In this document: positions 51,238-63,900 of the stretch, one piece after another
Layout of the letters: every line of letters begins with the position of its first letter
Numbering within the stretch: the first letter of the stretch is position 1
From: Octopus vulgaris
Taxonomy: Eukaryota
Direction of reading: 5' to 3'
DNA length: 64,000 bases
Assembly (NCBI GenBank): GCA_951406725.2
Contig: OX597832.1
Location: forward strand, 36,332,001-36,396,000
The notes under the pieces: model-generated
Seen by the model: only the letters and a program-made list of their open reading frames with translations
Database searches by the model: none
Told to the model about the DNA's origin: nothing
Made by a program: the position numbers and the translations under genes

Positions 51238-51242
51238 CACAC

Positions 51243-51285
<43 letters not shown>

Positions 51286-51389
51286 CACACACACACACAC
51301 ATACATATACATACATATATACATACATACATACAACAATCGCACAATGTCAAGACAAGAAGACACAGACATACACATACACACATGCA

Positions 51390-51590
51390 TAGAAGTGTGA
51401 ATGTGGTAAATGAATGTCATTTGTTTCCAGTATTCTGCAAAAACATGTCTGGGTCTGGCCGTATCAGCTTGCCTGGAAATGGGCAATGGTTGGCAACAAG
51501 AAGGGCATCCAGATGTAGAAAATCTGCCTCAATAAACTCTGTCTGATCTATGCAAGCATGGAAGAGTGGACTTGAAAATGATGATGACGA
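51390..51590 (+). mobile_element. Short element carrying the RTE-D-type tail
   Basis: ggttggcaacaagaagggcatccag..gtagaaa..gcatggaagagtggac..gatgatgacga, with a different upstream body. Confidence 0.6.
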
Positions 51591-52555
51591 GTATATTGTT
51601 GTTGAGAAATAAAGGTAATATAGCGAGTCAGAACGAAAAAGATGGCACCAAATGGAGTGTCACTGTAATCTCTTATATCTCAAAGTGTTTTCATCAGAAC
51701 AATCTCTCTACTACAAGTAGGCACTAAACTATATTTGATTTAGATACATACCAACGCAGTTTTTCAGTTTTCAACTATCTTTAGATAACACTTATTTACA
51801 TAGTTATGCATTTACTTTTCTCTTGACTGGGTTCAAATTAATAACATTTTTTCCCCAGTTACAGAGAGGTGGAGTCCTACCCCCTTGTGGAATAGTTATA
51901 GTTCTAACAATAATGTATCTAAATCAATTTCAATTGCAGAGTGTTGGTGCTCAGACTATTTGTCCACCAACTCCAAGATATTTAAACCTATTCCAATTAA
52001 TGGCTGCTCAAGACAATTTAAGATAGAACTGATCTCATTGTAGTAAAGCTGATGAAATAAGATTGATAGTGTGAATAATTTAAGCTGTTCTCATAAACAC
52101 GTTGATATTCTTGAAGAAAAACCAGCTTTATTGCATTAACACCTTCATTTAGAGCTGACTTGTTCCAGTCGTTATTCTGTTAATGAACAAATCTAATCAT
52201 CAACACCTGGGTATTTGTGCTTCAAGGAATCTCTAACTATTCTCAGTTATTCTAGGAAAGGCTTACTTCCTCTTCATGCTGAACTTAAGTGTCGGTCTTC
52301 ATGTGATACCCTTTTAATGACTTCCTATGACAGCTTGGCAGCGGAATAAAGGGCTTACAATGTTGCATACATTAGCTAACCAAATATGTAAGGGCCTTGA
52401 ATATTTTAAAAGATGATGAGTGATTTGAAGAGTTGATAGATTATCAGACAATAATGCGAATAAGTAGAACCAACTGTACCTATCCTGCAACCAGCTATGC
52501 ACTATGTCCATAAGACACATAATACTCAACAGCCCAGTCTACTTGTCTGTAAATA

Positions 52556-53383
52556 TTGGGTCATCCCATAAATAATGTGGTTTTTTGTACTCCTTTTATT
52601 TTTCAAAATTAAAATAAACAAAGTACCTTTTTAATCCAAAATATACTCTCCTTCATTTTCTACACTACTCTTCCATCTATTTGGTAGACTTGCAAGGCCC
52701 CTCTTCCATCTATTTGGTAGACTTGCAAGGCCCCTCTTCCAAAATTCATTTGGAGACTGCAGAATAAATGATAATCAGATGGGGGAATGTCTGGTGAATA
52801 TGGCAGGTGGGGCATCATTTCTCATTGAAACTGCTCCAGCCTTTGGAATGTCATCCTCACTGCATGTGGCCAAGCATTATCCTGATAGAACACTTTTTGT
52901 CTTGAAACCAAAGATGCTCATTTTGCTTCTAGTGCTGACTTAAGCCACACAAACTGCTCGCAGTAGATCTCCTTTGTTTGCAGGGCATCCTTGTCAAGCT
53001 CTACAGATCTTACAGGATGACGCTTGTCTTCTAGGCTGTAGTTTCTGGTTTGGACTTTCTGGCACCACTGTTGACACTGGTTTATGCTTATTGTCCAATC
53101 CCCATACACTGCATTAATATTCCTTGCACTTTCCATTGCATTGTTGCCTTTATTGTACTCATGAAGCAAAATATGCTGAATATGCTCCTTTATCACTTTC
53201 ATTATAGCTTTGAAAAACTTTTTAAATTGAACTGCACTCTTCAAAACTTGCACTAAGAATAAGTACAAGATAAAATTATCACCTGCTTTTATAGCAAGTT
53301 AATGCAGGTAGTTTATCCCATTCCCACTCCAGCTTTTAGTTCATGCAATTGAACAAAACCACCTTATTTATGAGATGACCCAA
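52556..53383 (-). mobile_element. Internally deleted mariner with TIRs and TA TSD
   Basis: TA|ttgggtcatcccataaataa...ttatttatgagatgacccaa|TA; MKVIKEHIQHILLHEYNKGNNA..SLED.. and PYSPDIPPSDYHLF; perfect 33-bp tandem duplication at 52668-52733. Confidence 0.93.
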
Positions 53384-53566
53384 TACATACCATAGAGTAA
53401 AATAGTTCAGTGTACTGTGTCCCCTAACCAGGACATTATATTGTGTTGAGTCTTAATTCCACCAGGGAAATGTGGTCTATGAGTGTTGTTAGAGTCAGTG
53501 GTCAGATATATATATATATATCTGAGCTTGCCATAACTGTAACCTATCTAAACAACATTACACTGC

Positions 53567-53592
<26 letters not shown>

Positions 53593-53597
<5 letters not shown>

Positions 53598-53988
53598 AAA
53601 AAATGAAGTTCGAAAATGCTGCTGTATTATACAATTTTTAATTTTTATATATACATTATAACATGTTTCAGTTCCTGAAATGAACCTTATCAAAAAAAGT
53701 TATATATAAAAAGAGACAGCTCATGCCGTCAAACACAAGAAATTCATTTATAATACACAACGGAGTCAGACATCTTAGAGTTCATGTATAGTTGATATAT
53801 AGTTTGAAGTATATGTTCAAAGTGTTCGATGCAGTGGCCCACGGTGGCGATGCGTATTCAATACAAAAAACAGATCAAAGTGGTGGAAAGCGGTCAATAC
53901 AGAAGATTGATGTTTCCGAAAGAGCGAGGAATTCATTTTTACCTTAAGCAATTGTGATGACCCATGGTGGAAGTTCGCTGGGTGGTTC
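53593..53988. mobile_element. Unclassified ~395-bp element embedded in (TA)n
   Basis: Non-repetitive, relatively CpG-rich block bounded on both sides by TA tracts; contains a hammerhead-like fold. Confidence 0.5.
53641..53713 (-). ncRNA. Type I hammerhead ribozyme-like motif (variant or decayed core)
   Basis: Minus strand: stem I' - UUGAUAA - GGUUC(AUUUCAG)GAACU - GAAA-C-AU-GUU - stem I; folded by hand only. Confidence 0.45.
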
Positions 53989-54000
53989 TATATATATTTA

Positions 54001-54072
<72 letters not shown>

Positions 54073-54382
54073 GTATGGCCTTTAACACCCAAAGGTGATG
54101 ATTGAAGAGATTATGGTACTTAAATAGACTGGAACAACCAAGTATATTCAATATGTTGCTTCTGATACATTTAAAGACTATTTATGCATTTCATGTCTTC
54201 TGTGCTATTTATAAATAAAGTATTCTGCCATTTAAATATTGATAGTTCACTGAATAAAAACTATTTTTATATTTGATTTATTATTATAATGTCCAGCAAA
54301 TTCTCTTTTATTACTGATACAATGGTGCTGCTATAGTTGTTACTATATACAATACTAGACCTAAATAAACAACACTACACTG

Positions 54383-54464
<82 letters not shown>

Positions 54465-54774
54465 GTATATATATATATATGAAGAGAGAGAGAGAGTGTG
54501 TGGGGGAGAAAGAAATATGCTTCTACAAACAATGCTCACACTGCTACATACATTATCATACTGTCATAAATCTTGGTTGTTGCTGATGTATACAACAGTA
54601 CACTTCTACAGCCATTGCAACTCTACTATATACAACACTGGCAGTGCTACATTGCTATATACAACACCACACTTATTTCACAATATTACACTTCTATATG
54701 CATTTTCTATTTTCAACTACTAAATCCATTCACAATGCAAGTTTTTTAACCACACAGTCTTACACCATGTACAT

Positions 54775-54826
54775 GCATACATACATACATACATACATAC
54801 ATACATACATACATACATACATACAT

Positions 54827-54857
<31 letters not shown>

Positions 54858-54870
54858 TACATACATACAT

Positions 54871-54928
<58 letters not shown>

Positions 54929-54930
54929 CA
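54775..54930. repeat. (ATAC)n(AC)n(AT)n microsatellite
   Basis: Direct inspection. Confidence 0.95.
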
Positions 54931-55556
54931 ATCATCATCATCATCATTTAACATCCATTTTCCATGCTGACATGGTTTGGATGGCTTAACAGGAACTGGT
55001 AAGGCCAGGGGCCACATCAGGTTCCAGAGTCTGTTTTCGTTTGATTTCTATGGCTGTATGCCCTTCCTAACGCCAACTATTCCAGAGTTTGCTGGATGCT
55101 TTTTATGTGGCACCATCACCAGTGCTTTTCTTAGGTGGCACCAGCACTAGTGCCTTTTATGTGGCATCTTGGTTTTAGGATCTCAATTCTGTTGTGGTGC
55201 ACATGTCTTCTCAATGACAGCAACACGCCACATTTCTCGGTCCTCTGTCATCTCCTTCATAAGGTTCAGCGTTTTGAGATCAGCCTTCAAAACCTCATCC
55301 CGTGTCTTCCTGGGTTTCCTCCTCCTATAACTTCCCTCCACTTTAAGTAATCAGCACTTCTTTATGCAACTGTCCTCATCCATCTGCACCACGTGACCAA
55401 ACCAGTACAGTATCCTCTCTTGCTCACTGCATATAATTCCTCTGATCCTCAACCCCTCCCTCAATACACCAATGCTCTGTTGCACATGCACACTGACATC
55501 GCGCATCCAGTGAAGCATACAAGCTTCATTCCTTTCCAGTCTTCACACATCCTCCA
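54931..55556 (-). mobile_element. 5'-truncated RTE-D-type LINE (older subfamily)
   Basis: RLERNEACMLHWM..YWFGHVVQMDEDSCIKKC..DEVLKADL..DREMW, then (GAT)n tail. Confidence 0.88.
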
Positions 55557-56055
55557 CCCAAATCTTCAGTGATAATGGACTGAACTGAACCGTGACTAAT
55601 CTGCACATCCTCTGATAACTCACGGATGGTGATTTGACAATTTTCCCCTCACAGCTGCACACATATCTGTGATGTTTTTCTCAGTTCTGCTGGTTGTGTG
55701 TCTCCCAGAACGTTTGTCAATATCGATATTTTTTTGGTCATCTTGGAAATGTCAGAACCACTTATACACTTGTGTGCAATGCATATACTCCTCTCCATAC
55801 ACTTTCTGCAACTTGGCATAGGCCTCTGAGCATGTATTGCCATGACAACTTTCTCTGTTATGGTTAATGTGAAGATCACACGCTACACACCTTCCTCCCA
55901 AGCATTGCTGTAAACAGCAGAAGTGAGCTCGAATGTTAAAACTTTGTGTGCATGCACAGCAAAGTTCAAGATGAATCTGTGCCATGTGGATTCACTCTGC
56001 ATACTTTAGCTTCGTTACTATGGCAACAGACCAGATACTTATCAATCAGACCTTG
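55557..56055 (-). mobile_element. mariner 5' half (TIR plus HTH region)
   Basis: SEAYAKLQKVYGEE..QVYKWF..RSGR..TIRELSEDVQISHGSVQSIITEDLG; same family as 10219. Confidence 0.9.
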
Positions 56056-56057
56056 TA

Positions 56058-56812
56058 TATATGGGGAAACCCTAAATTGGGTGAAGTCATCTACATATCT
56101 TGGTAGTAAAGTGAATTCCTTTGCCGATGAAATTGTCAACCATCTTGCAAAGGCAACCAATGCATTTGGCAAACTGTCATTTCCTATGGAATGAAAGGGG
56201 CATGAAACTTGACACCAAAATACAGGTCTGTAAAGCTGCCGTTCTTACTACTCTCTTGTAAGGATCAGAATCGTGAACACCCTATAGACGACACATTAAC
56301 CTACTAGACATCTTCCACAAGGATTGTCTCAGGACAATCTGTGGTTATTCACTGAAAGACAGAGTTTCTAATGCTGACCTGTTTAGCAAGTGTAAGACTG
56401 GCAGAATCAAGAGTTTTCTCATGCAGTCACAATTGTGCTGGGTTGACCATGGCATCAGAATGAGTGACAAAAGAATACCCAAAGTCCTCATGTACAGCCA
56501 GCTTGATAGTGAGCACAGGAATGTTAGTTGACCATGTCTCAGATATAAGGACAAGCTGAAGAGTAACTTCTTAGCAGTGAAGAAGCCCAGAACACCTTGG
56601 AGCAAACAGCCTTGGAGCAAACTAAATGGAGATCATTTTGTCAAAATGGTAATAAAAACATGGTTGCAACCAGCATTAACAGGATTCAGAGTGCAAAGCA
56701 AAGGAGAAAAGCGACTGCAAATATTCTGCCTGCACTGACCTGTAATCCTTATACTTGGAGGATCAGTGGGCTTCTTTGCAAATTGTTGGCAGGACTTAAA
56801 TGTCACAGTTGA
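56058..56812 (+). mobile_element. Decayed RTE-clade LINE C-terminal fragment
   Basis: TYLGS..DEIVNHLAKATNAFGKL..TKIQVCKAAVLTTLL*GSES..CLRTI..RMSDKRIPK..RYKDKLK. Confidence 0.88.
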
Positions 56813-56899
56813 CATAAGCATTATGATTAACAAAGGAAGAAAGACTAGGTTGTCGGATCCTCAAACATCAAAACTGACAGGAGAATCCATCCTACAAAT

Positions 56900-57050
56900 G
56901 ACAGGCTTCTTTCAATTTCCATCTGCTAAATTCATTCACAAGGGTTTTGTTGGCCTGAGGCTGTAGTTGAAGACACTTGTCAAAGGTGCCATACAGTGGG
57001 ACTGAACCTGGAACCATGTGGTTGGAAAGCAAGCTTCTTACCACACAGTA
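56900..57050 (-). mobile_element. SINE-A head half
   Basis: ggcttctttcaatttcc..gaagacacttg..cagtgggactgaacc. Confidence 0.85.
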
Positions 57051-57129
57051 TAATTTATTTTAATAGAATACTTTTCTGTTAGTAAATATGTTTTTTCTTA
57101 CACACACACTTCATGGACTCATTTAATGC

Positions 57130-58428
57130 AGGGTAGGATTAAAAGTTTAAATAAGTTTTTGGTGGAATTTTGATTTATGCACCCCATATAACCCTTCATA
57201 ACTTCTTTTATTTTGGGGAATTTTCAGAAAATTTTACAAATCTGTGTTCCACGCATGGGAATGCATATGATCATGAAAAATTTTTAATTTTTCAAATTTT
57301 TTAAAAATGGGGAGAAAATTAGTGAAAAACACCAATACATGTCAAAGTGACAAGGAAGGCTACTGGTGGTGGTGAGATGTGCAAAAGATAACCACCAAAT
57401 AGCCCTTAATTCACACAAAAAATTTTTTTTGTTTGTTTTTGTATAGTAGCATGAATTCCTGTGTATAGAATAAATTCACAAAAATTTTATGAAAATTCCC
57501 TCAAACCAAAAAGTTATAATAGGATGCTTAAACCAGAATTCTGCTGCTAAATTTCCCTTAAATCACCTTTACGTCTGAAAATTATTTTCAAATTATAAAC
57601 AGAAGCAAATTGCAGATTCAGACCACCCACAATTTAAAACTAGGATTTTAAAAATGCTTCGAGAATAAAATGAAATTTTAGAATTTTTAATGAAAAGGTT
57701 TTAAAAATTTCTCTATTGTTTTAAAATTACATTTCATTTTTTTTTTTTTATGAAGGAAGTGGAGATTGTGATGGTGATTGCCAATTTCCAATGTTTTATT
57801 TTAGCCTTCAAGGCTTCTCCCATCGTTCTTTTAAATGTGTAGAGCAACAAAAAAAAAAAGAAAAAATTGGTCAGAATCAGTACTGGGTTGGGGGATGGAG
57901 TGGGAAAACTTCATAAATTTTCAAAAAATCTTTTTCTTTTTAACTGGAAAGGCATTTCCATCTGTTTTTAAGTGTATAGTGCAAAAAAAAAAAAAAAAAA
58001 AGGACAGAATTGGTTTGGATGGTGGTGGTGGTGGTGGTGGTGGGGGGGGGTTTCATAAATTTTCAAAACTTATTTTCATAAAAAGCTTCCTCTCGTCCTT
58101 TACAAGGATATTTTGAAGAACAAATTTGAAAAACCCCGTCAAAGCAGAGCAAATCCAACTTATGTACATGTGCCATTCCAAAAGTCTGCTGAGGACAAAA
58201 AATTGGACAGAATCGGTCTGGATGGTGGAAGTGAGGATTCATAAATTTTTGAAAATTTTTTCATTGAAAGCTTTCCTACTGCCTCATTTGCAAGGGTGTG
58301 GTGAGGGACAAATTTAAAAAATCCCTTTCAAAGTGGAGAAAATCCGTCTTATGTGGGTGTGCCAAGTCTGCCAAGGATTTTTGGAATAGCACACCCTCAT
58401 ACCAGTATTGTGAAAATTACTCAGCTGT
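57130..58428. mobile_element. Unclassified non-autonomous element with three degenerate internal repeats
   Basis: gg(a/t)cagaat..gg..ttcataaatttt units near 57864, 58001 and 58200; terminal IR gggtgtgc/gcacaccc. Confidence 0.45.
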
Positions 58429-58882
58429 GTATATATATATATATATATATGAAGGAATGCAAAAAAGGGGACAACAAAACACCCAGACTGATGATACAAA
58501 AAAGGAACAAGAAAAAACAAGAATGGGTCATTCGGAGTTTTCTTTCCTCAGTCAAGTTCCAGATTATCTTTGCAATTTCAGCTGGTTATACCTGAGATTG
58601 CTCCAATCTGGCCGGCCCCAAGGAAAACTAAGCTATATATATATTTATGTATGCTGATTGCAATAATGTTTTTTATTACCATTTTGACACGACAATCTCC
58701 ATTTTGTTTGCTCCAAGGCAGTTTGCTCAAAGGTGTTCTGGACTATCTTCACTGCTAAGAAGTTACTCTTCAGCTTGTCCTTATATTTGAGCCATGGTCA
58801 ACCAACGTTCCTCTGCCCACTATCAAGCTGGCTGTACATGAGGACATACATACAGTGGTGGTGGCGGCGGCGATGGTGAAGG

Positions 58883-58939
58883 GGAGGAGGAGGAGGTGGA
58901 GAAGAAGAGGAAGAAGGAAAAGAAGAGAAGAAGAGGAAG

Positions 58940-58972
<33 letters not shown>

Positions 58973-59080
58973 AGAAGAAGAAGAAGAAGAAGAAGAAGAA
59001 GAAGAAGAAGAAGAAGAAGAAGAAGAACAACAACAACAACAACAACAACAACAGCAGCAGCAGCAGCAACAACAACAACA
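58883..59080. repeat. (GAG)(GAA)n(CAA)n(CAG)n compound trinucleotide repeat
   Basis: Direct inspection. Confidence 0.95.
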
Positions 59081-59880
59081 GCCACAAGTAGTAGTGTTAT
59101 TTTTGGATCAGATTGCTACTGTGAACAGTGAGTTCCCTCCATTTAACTCCTCCACTGTTGAGGATTCAGTTAAGAAGATTAAAGGATTACAAATATTTCT
59201 TCTTATTACAGAATGATGGATTAAGTAGTTGGACCAGATTGATGGAGGATAATTACTGAAACTACATAATGTAGAAAACTGAAAAAGTTATACACTAATA
59301 CATTAATAATATATGAATAATTCATCAGTAACTTAATTAGTAAGATAATTAGTTATATTGATAGTATTACAGTAATAATATATCACTTGTTATTAGCAAT
59401 ATGTATGGAAAATCGAGAGTTATTTCAAAAGCTAAAAGATTTTTGAAAGTTTCTATAGAACCATGAAATGCATAATTTCTTTCGAAATTGTATTTGTTTT
59501 TAAAGCTTTTGATTTTTGGGATGAAGTCTTATGTGAGAACATCTTTGAAAATTATATTTTTTATTATATATATATCGTCTCTTCTTACTTGAGTGGTGTT
59601 ATCTATATTCTTATATCGTTATGTCACAAGGTGAACTGTATGTAAAAAAAGGGCTGCAAAGAGTTGTCCCTGACAAAATATTGATTCCCCTCTGTTTACC
59701 TTTCCTTTATGAATACTTTATCAAAATTACTAAAAATATGTTAAGTGAATAATGTATACAGCAGTTGCTTTAAACAATCGTAACTATGGAATGAAATAAA
59801 AAATATTATCTATTATTCTGCAATGATATTGTTACTTTAACAATGCTATAAATAAACCATAGTTTACTCACCTGAATTTA

Positions 59881-60095
59881 GGCAGCAAGCTGGCAAAATC
59901 GTTAGCACACCTGCCAAACTGCTTCGTGGCATTGCATATGATTTAATGTTCTGAGTTCAAATTTTGCTGAGGTCACTTTTGTCTTTCATTCTTTTGGAGG
60001 TCAATAAAATAAGTACCAGTTAAACACCAGCATTGATGTAACTGACTAGCACCCCTCCTCAAAACTGCTGGCCTTGGGCCAAAATTTTAAATCAG
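59881..60095 (+). mobile_element. SINE-B
   Basis: agctggcaaaatcgttagc..ttctgagttcaaatt..aataagtaccag..gctggccttgggccaaaatt. Confidence 0.87.
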
Positions 60096-60109
60096 CATGA
60101 TCTCTACTC

Positions 60110-60222
60110 CAGTGCTACTCAAAGTGGTGGTCCATGGACCAGTGCTGGTCTGCAAGCCATCAGCTGCCGGTACCTGGTGAGTTTCCGGAAAAGAAAGAAA
60201 CATTATAAAATGCTTATGTAAT
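60110..60222 (+). mobile_element. hAT-type terminal fragment, followed by a SINE-A tail at 60225-60315
   Basis: cagtgctactcaaagtggtggtcc resembles Charlie-type termini. Confidence 0.55.
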
Positions 60223-62407
60223 AAGACTGAGGGTCGATTTGTTCAACTAAAACCCTTCATGGTGGTGCCCCAGCATGGCCGCAATCAAATGACTGAAACA
60301 AGTAAAAGATAATAGATGCTGGCTTGGCACTTCCAGTATTATCAAATATATAATGGTTCACAAATGGATAAATTTTTTTTATCTTTGATATTCATCACTA
60401 GACCTGCCATATTTCCACATATATCGAAGAATGAAAATTGCTTATTTTCACTTTATTTATCGAGACGACCAATTCGAAACAATAGAGAAATCCAATAAAA
60501 ATCTATAATGTGGACATTTTCTGACTTATTGATTTTCATTCTCCCTTAAATCTAAAAATGATATTAGGATTCCATGGATGCTTTTTTGTTGGGGTGATGA
60601 GGACCACCTATTCCTCCAACAGAAAACTGATTACCTGCACAGTGACTTTATTTAAAGTAAAGAAGAACTGCATAACATCAACTTTGCTCTCTTGTCTTTG
60701 ACCATCTCCAATCAAATAGCAAGAATTGAATATCTTCTTGCCTCACCTTGCTCTCTGTACTCCACGGTGTGTTACTGCAGCTTCCGACTGCTCCATTGAA
60801 CGATGAAGGTTTCTTCTGCAGAGTCCATTGGATCCAGTCTTCATATGCTCAGGTAGAAAGACTCTAATTCACCTGTAGTTTCATACCCATCACCTAGCTT
60901 TACCTGGTTTAATCAACCAGTGTGGCTGCTGTTGCTTGCAAACAGCTACATGGACCCACAGGTTTATATACTCTTTTAAATGTAGTCTGTGTTGACAATT
61001 CTACTGGGAAAATAACTAGCTGATGCTAAATGAATGTTTTTAAAGATTCTCTCTCATTCCTCATGAATTTCTTGCCATTTCTTGCTCTTGTAGAACTAAT
61101 TTGCTTTTCTCGCTCATAACTTTTATCACTTTGTTTTTATTCTGCTTTTTGTGTTTGTATCAATCATTGTTAATTGCTGTTTTATTCTGCACGATATGTT
61201 ACAAATCTTCTCCTTCTCTCCGCTTCCAAGTTGTCAGGCAACTCAAGAAAAACAATGCAAAATTGGTCTCATGTACATTTCTCATCTCAATAACTCTGCT
61301 ATGCTCTCCAAAATATCAATTTTTCCTTTTTCCCTAATACACAGTACAATATGCACATGGCAATAAAAGCACACATAGGTTACAACAACAACAATATATA
61401 CAACAGCACACTAGAACAACAACACACACTAAGACAGCAACACATGCAATAACAACAAACACCTGTATTATATATTGATCTTGGTTGATTCTGATAATTT
61501 TCAGCTTTATATATTTTCCCTTTATTTAAACCATTTTCATAATTATTGGAATCAAATTTGCATATCTTGTAATAAAAGTTACATGGTTTCTTTTTTAATA
61601 TTTCATCTCTTTGTTGGATCTACCATTTTGATTTGTGTTGCAACTCATTTTGCTTTCCTCACTTGTTTCTATCTTTTTGTATATTTTTTTTTTGTCATTG
61701 TTATAATTGAAAAGCAGGACAAACAGAGTGACAGACTTATGCGCTTTATATATGACAGACAGCAATGTACACTTTATCATACGAAATATGAACGTGTTGG
61801 AGTTGAGTGAGATGTGTGCAAATACGAGAAAAAAGTGTATAAGGCAAACAGCAAAGTCTTGAGCTAACTAGAATGAATTAATACTTCAGAAAACTATGAT
61901 ACAATAGCAGAGATAAATGACAATGAATATATATAAAAAGGAAAGTTATGACTGCAGTTGAAATAGATTGCATGTGTTGAAAGAAAATTGTGGTTTTCAT
62001 GGTATCAAGACTAGTACATGTCATGTGTGTTTGTGTGTGTTTGTGAGTTTTATTACAAAATGTGATGCAAAGAACTGAACAGATATTTATCTTTTATATA
62101 ATATATATATACATGCAATATTACATAAAATTTGGATGTAACTATATATTTGTGTGTGTCTGTGTATAAGTGTGTGTGTGTGCATATGTGAGTGTTGGCA
62201 TGTGATAAAAAAAATTTAAACAATAGAGAACTCAATACAAAAAAAAAGCCACGTCCCAGAATTTGATTTAGAATGAATGGATGAACAATTCGTTTCATAA
62301 CAACAGTCAGTTTCACTATCTTTTCAGTTCATCAGGTGATGATATATAAATCCACCTTTAATCAATGAATTTTGAAATAATAAAAGAGAAGGAAGTTCAT
62401 TTTAAAT

Positions 62408-62729
62408 CAGTGATTTTCATCCAGGGTCCATATGACCCGGTGTGGAGGGGGGCATGTTAGACTTTTGGGGGTCAATGCAAGTAAAATAGCAAATTGGTGA
62501 CCCCTAACGATATTTTAAGGGTCCATGAAAAAATGTGACTAAGAATGTATTTATTGCAAGAAACAGTTCAGTTCAACCGATTCGAGTTAATGTGTGAAAA
62601 ACAAAATAGTAATTTTGAAAGAAGTTTCTGTAAAGCTAGTTATTAAAATCAAATGGATGGGTAGGGGTACCAGAAGAGAATAGTAATCAAAGGGCTCCAT
62701 AGGTAAAAAAAAATTGTTGAGAAATACTG
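62408..62729. mobile_element. hAT-type MITE
   Basis: Imperfect TIRs cagtgattttcatc / gttgagaaatactg; flanking 8-mers ttttaaat and cttaaaat match at 6/8. Confidence 0.7.
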
Positions 62730-62868
62730 CTTAAAATATTTCTTGAATTATCCACAACACATTTATAAGGAAATCTAAGTTGTTACACATCACAACTTAT
62801 GATCTGGTAGTTAGTACCACACTTTCACTAATTCTGGTTGTTTTAGGTGATTTTTGTAGTCATAAGAA

Positions 62869-63195
62869 GTGAAGGTGTGTGGTTTAGTGGTTAGAGTATT
62901 CGACTTATGATCAGAAGGTCATGAGTTCAATTCCCAGTGACATGTTGTGTCCTTGAGTAAGACGCTTTGTTCCATTTTGCTCCAGTCCACTCAGCCGACA
63001 AAAATGAGTAGTACCTGTATCTCAGAAGGCCAACTTGTTACACTCTGTGTCATACTGAATCTCTCTGAAAGCTACATTAAGGCTACATGTGTTCATGGAG
63101 GGCTCAACCAATTATATGTTAATTTCATGAACAAGCTGTTCCGTTGATCAGATCAACTGGAAGCCTCATCATTGTAATCAATGGAGTGCCAGTTA
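62869..63195 (+). mobile_element. SINE-C, full length (inverted decayed fragment at 63300-63430)
   Basis: tggtttagtgg..gagttcaattcc..gtgtccttgagtaagac..ccactcagcc. Confidence 0.9.
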
Positions 63196-63679
63196 GTTTG
63201 TCATAATCAAACATAGATGCCTTCTTGGTCCTCCCTTTCTTGACCCAAGGGAACACTGAGCATGTGAGAGCTGGAGGAGAAAGGGGGATGCCCCAGCAGT
63301 CGGCTGGTACCCATTCCTGCTATGTAGACTGGAGCAAAATGAAATGGGCCTTGCTCTTGGACACAACACATCTACACAGGAACCGAATCCACAACATTAT
63401 GAGGGTGAACCCAACACTCTTACTTCTAAATTCTATGTGTATATATGGCTTCTATGTCTGCATATGATGTATGTAATTGTGTGTATGTGTGATTGTGCTT
63501 GTGTGTGTGTGTGTGTGCACATCTTTGCACATACACACACGTCATTTGTTGCCATAACTTTCCCACCATCCTTTTGTCCCAAATATCTGAAATCCATGAT
63601 CCATAATAAAAATGAATCCATAATTAATATAAAAACACAAGACGCAGTTTTAAATCCTGCTAAAGTATCGGATACCAGC

Positions 63680-63900
63680 TTTATCTTTTAACTTTTACTT
63701 GATCCAGTTATTAGGCTGTGGCCATGCTGGGGCACCACCTAGAGGAATTTTAATCTAATGAATCAACTCCAGTACTTATTTTCTTTAAGCTTGGTACTCA
63801 TTCAATCAGTCTCTTTTGCTGAACCACTAAGTTACGAGGACATAAACACACCAACATTGGTTGTCAAGTGGTGGTGGAGAACAAACACAGACACAAACAT
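63680..63900 (-). mobile_element. SINE-A tail half
   Basis: gtggccatgctggggcacc..tctcttttgctgaaccactaagttac. Confidence 0.85.

Noticed and set aside
58488-58530. CTGATGA..GAAA hammerhead candidate
   Set aside because: No stem II or stem III can be formed.
58855-59216. Poly-E/poly-Q or poly-K ORF
   Set aside because: Compound trinucleotide repeat with no domain or splice evidence.
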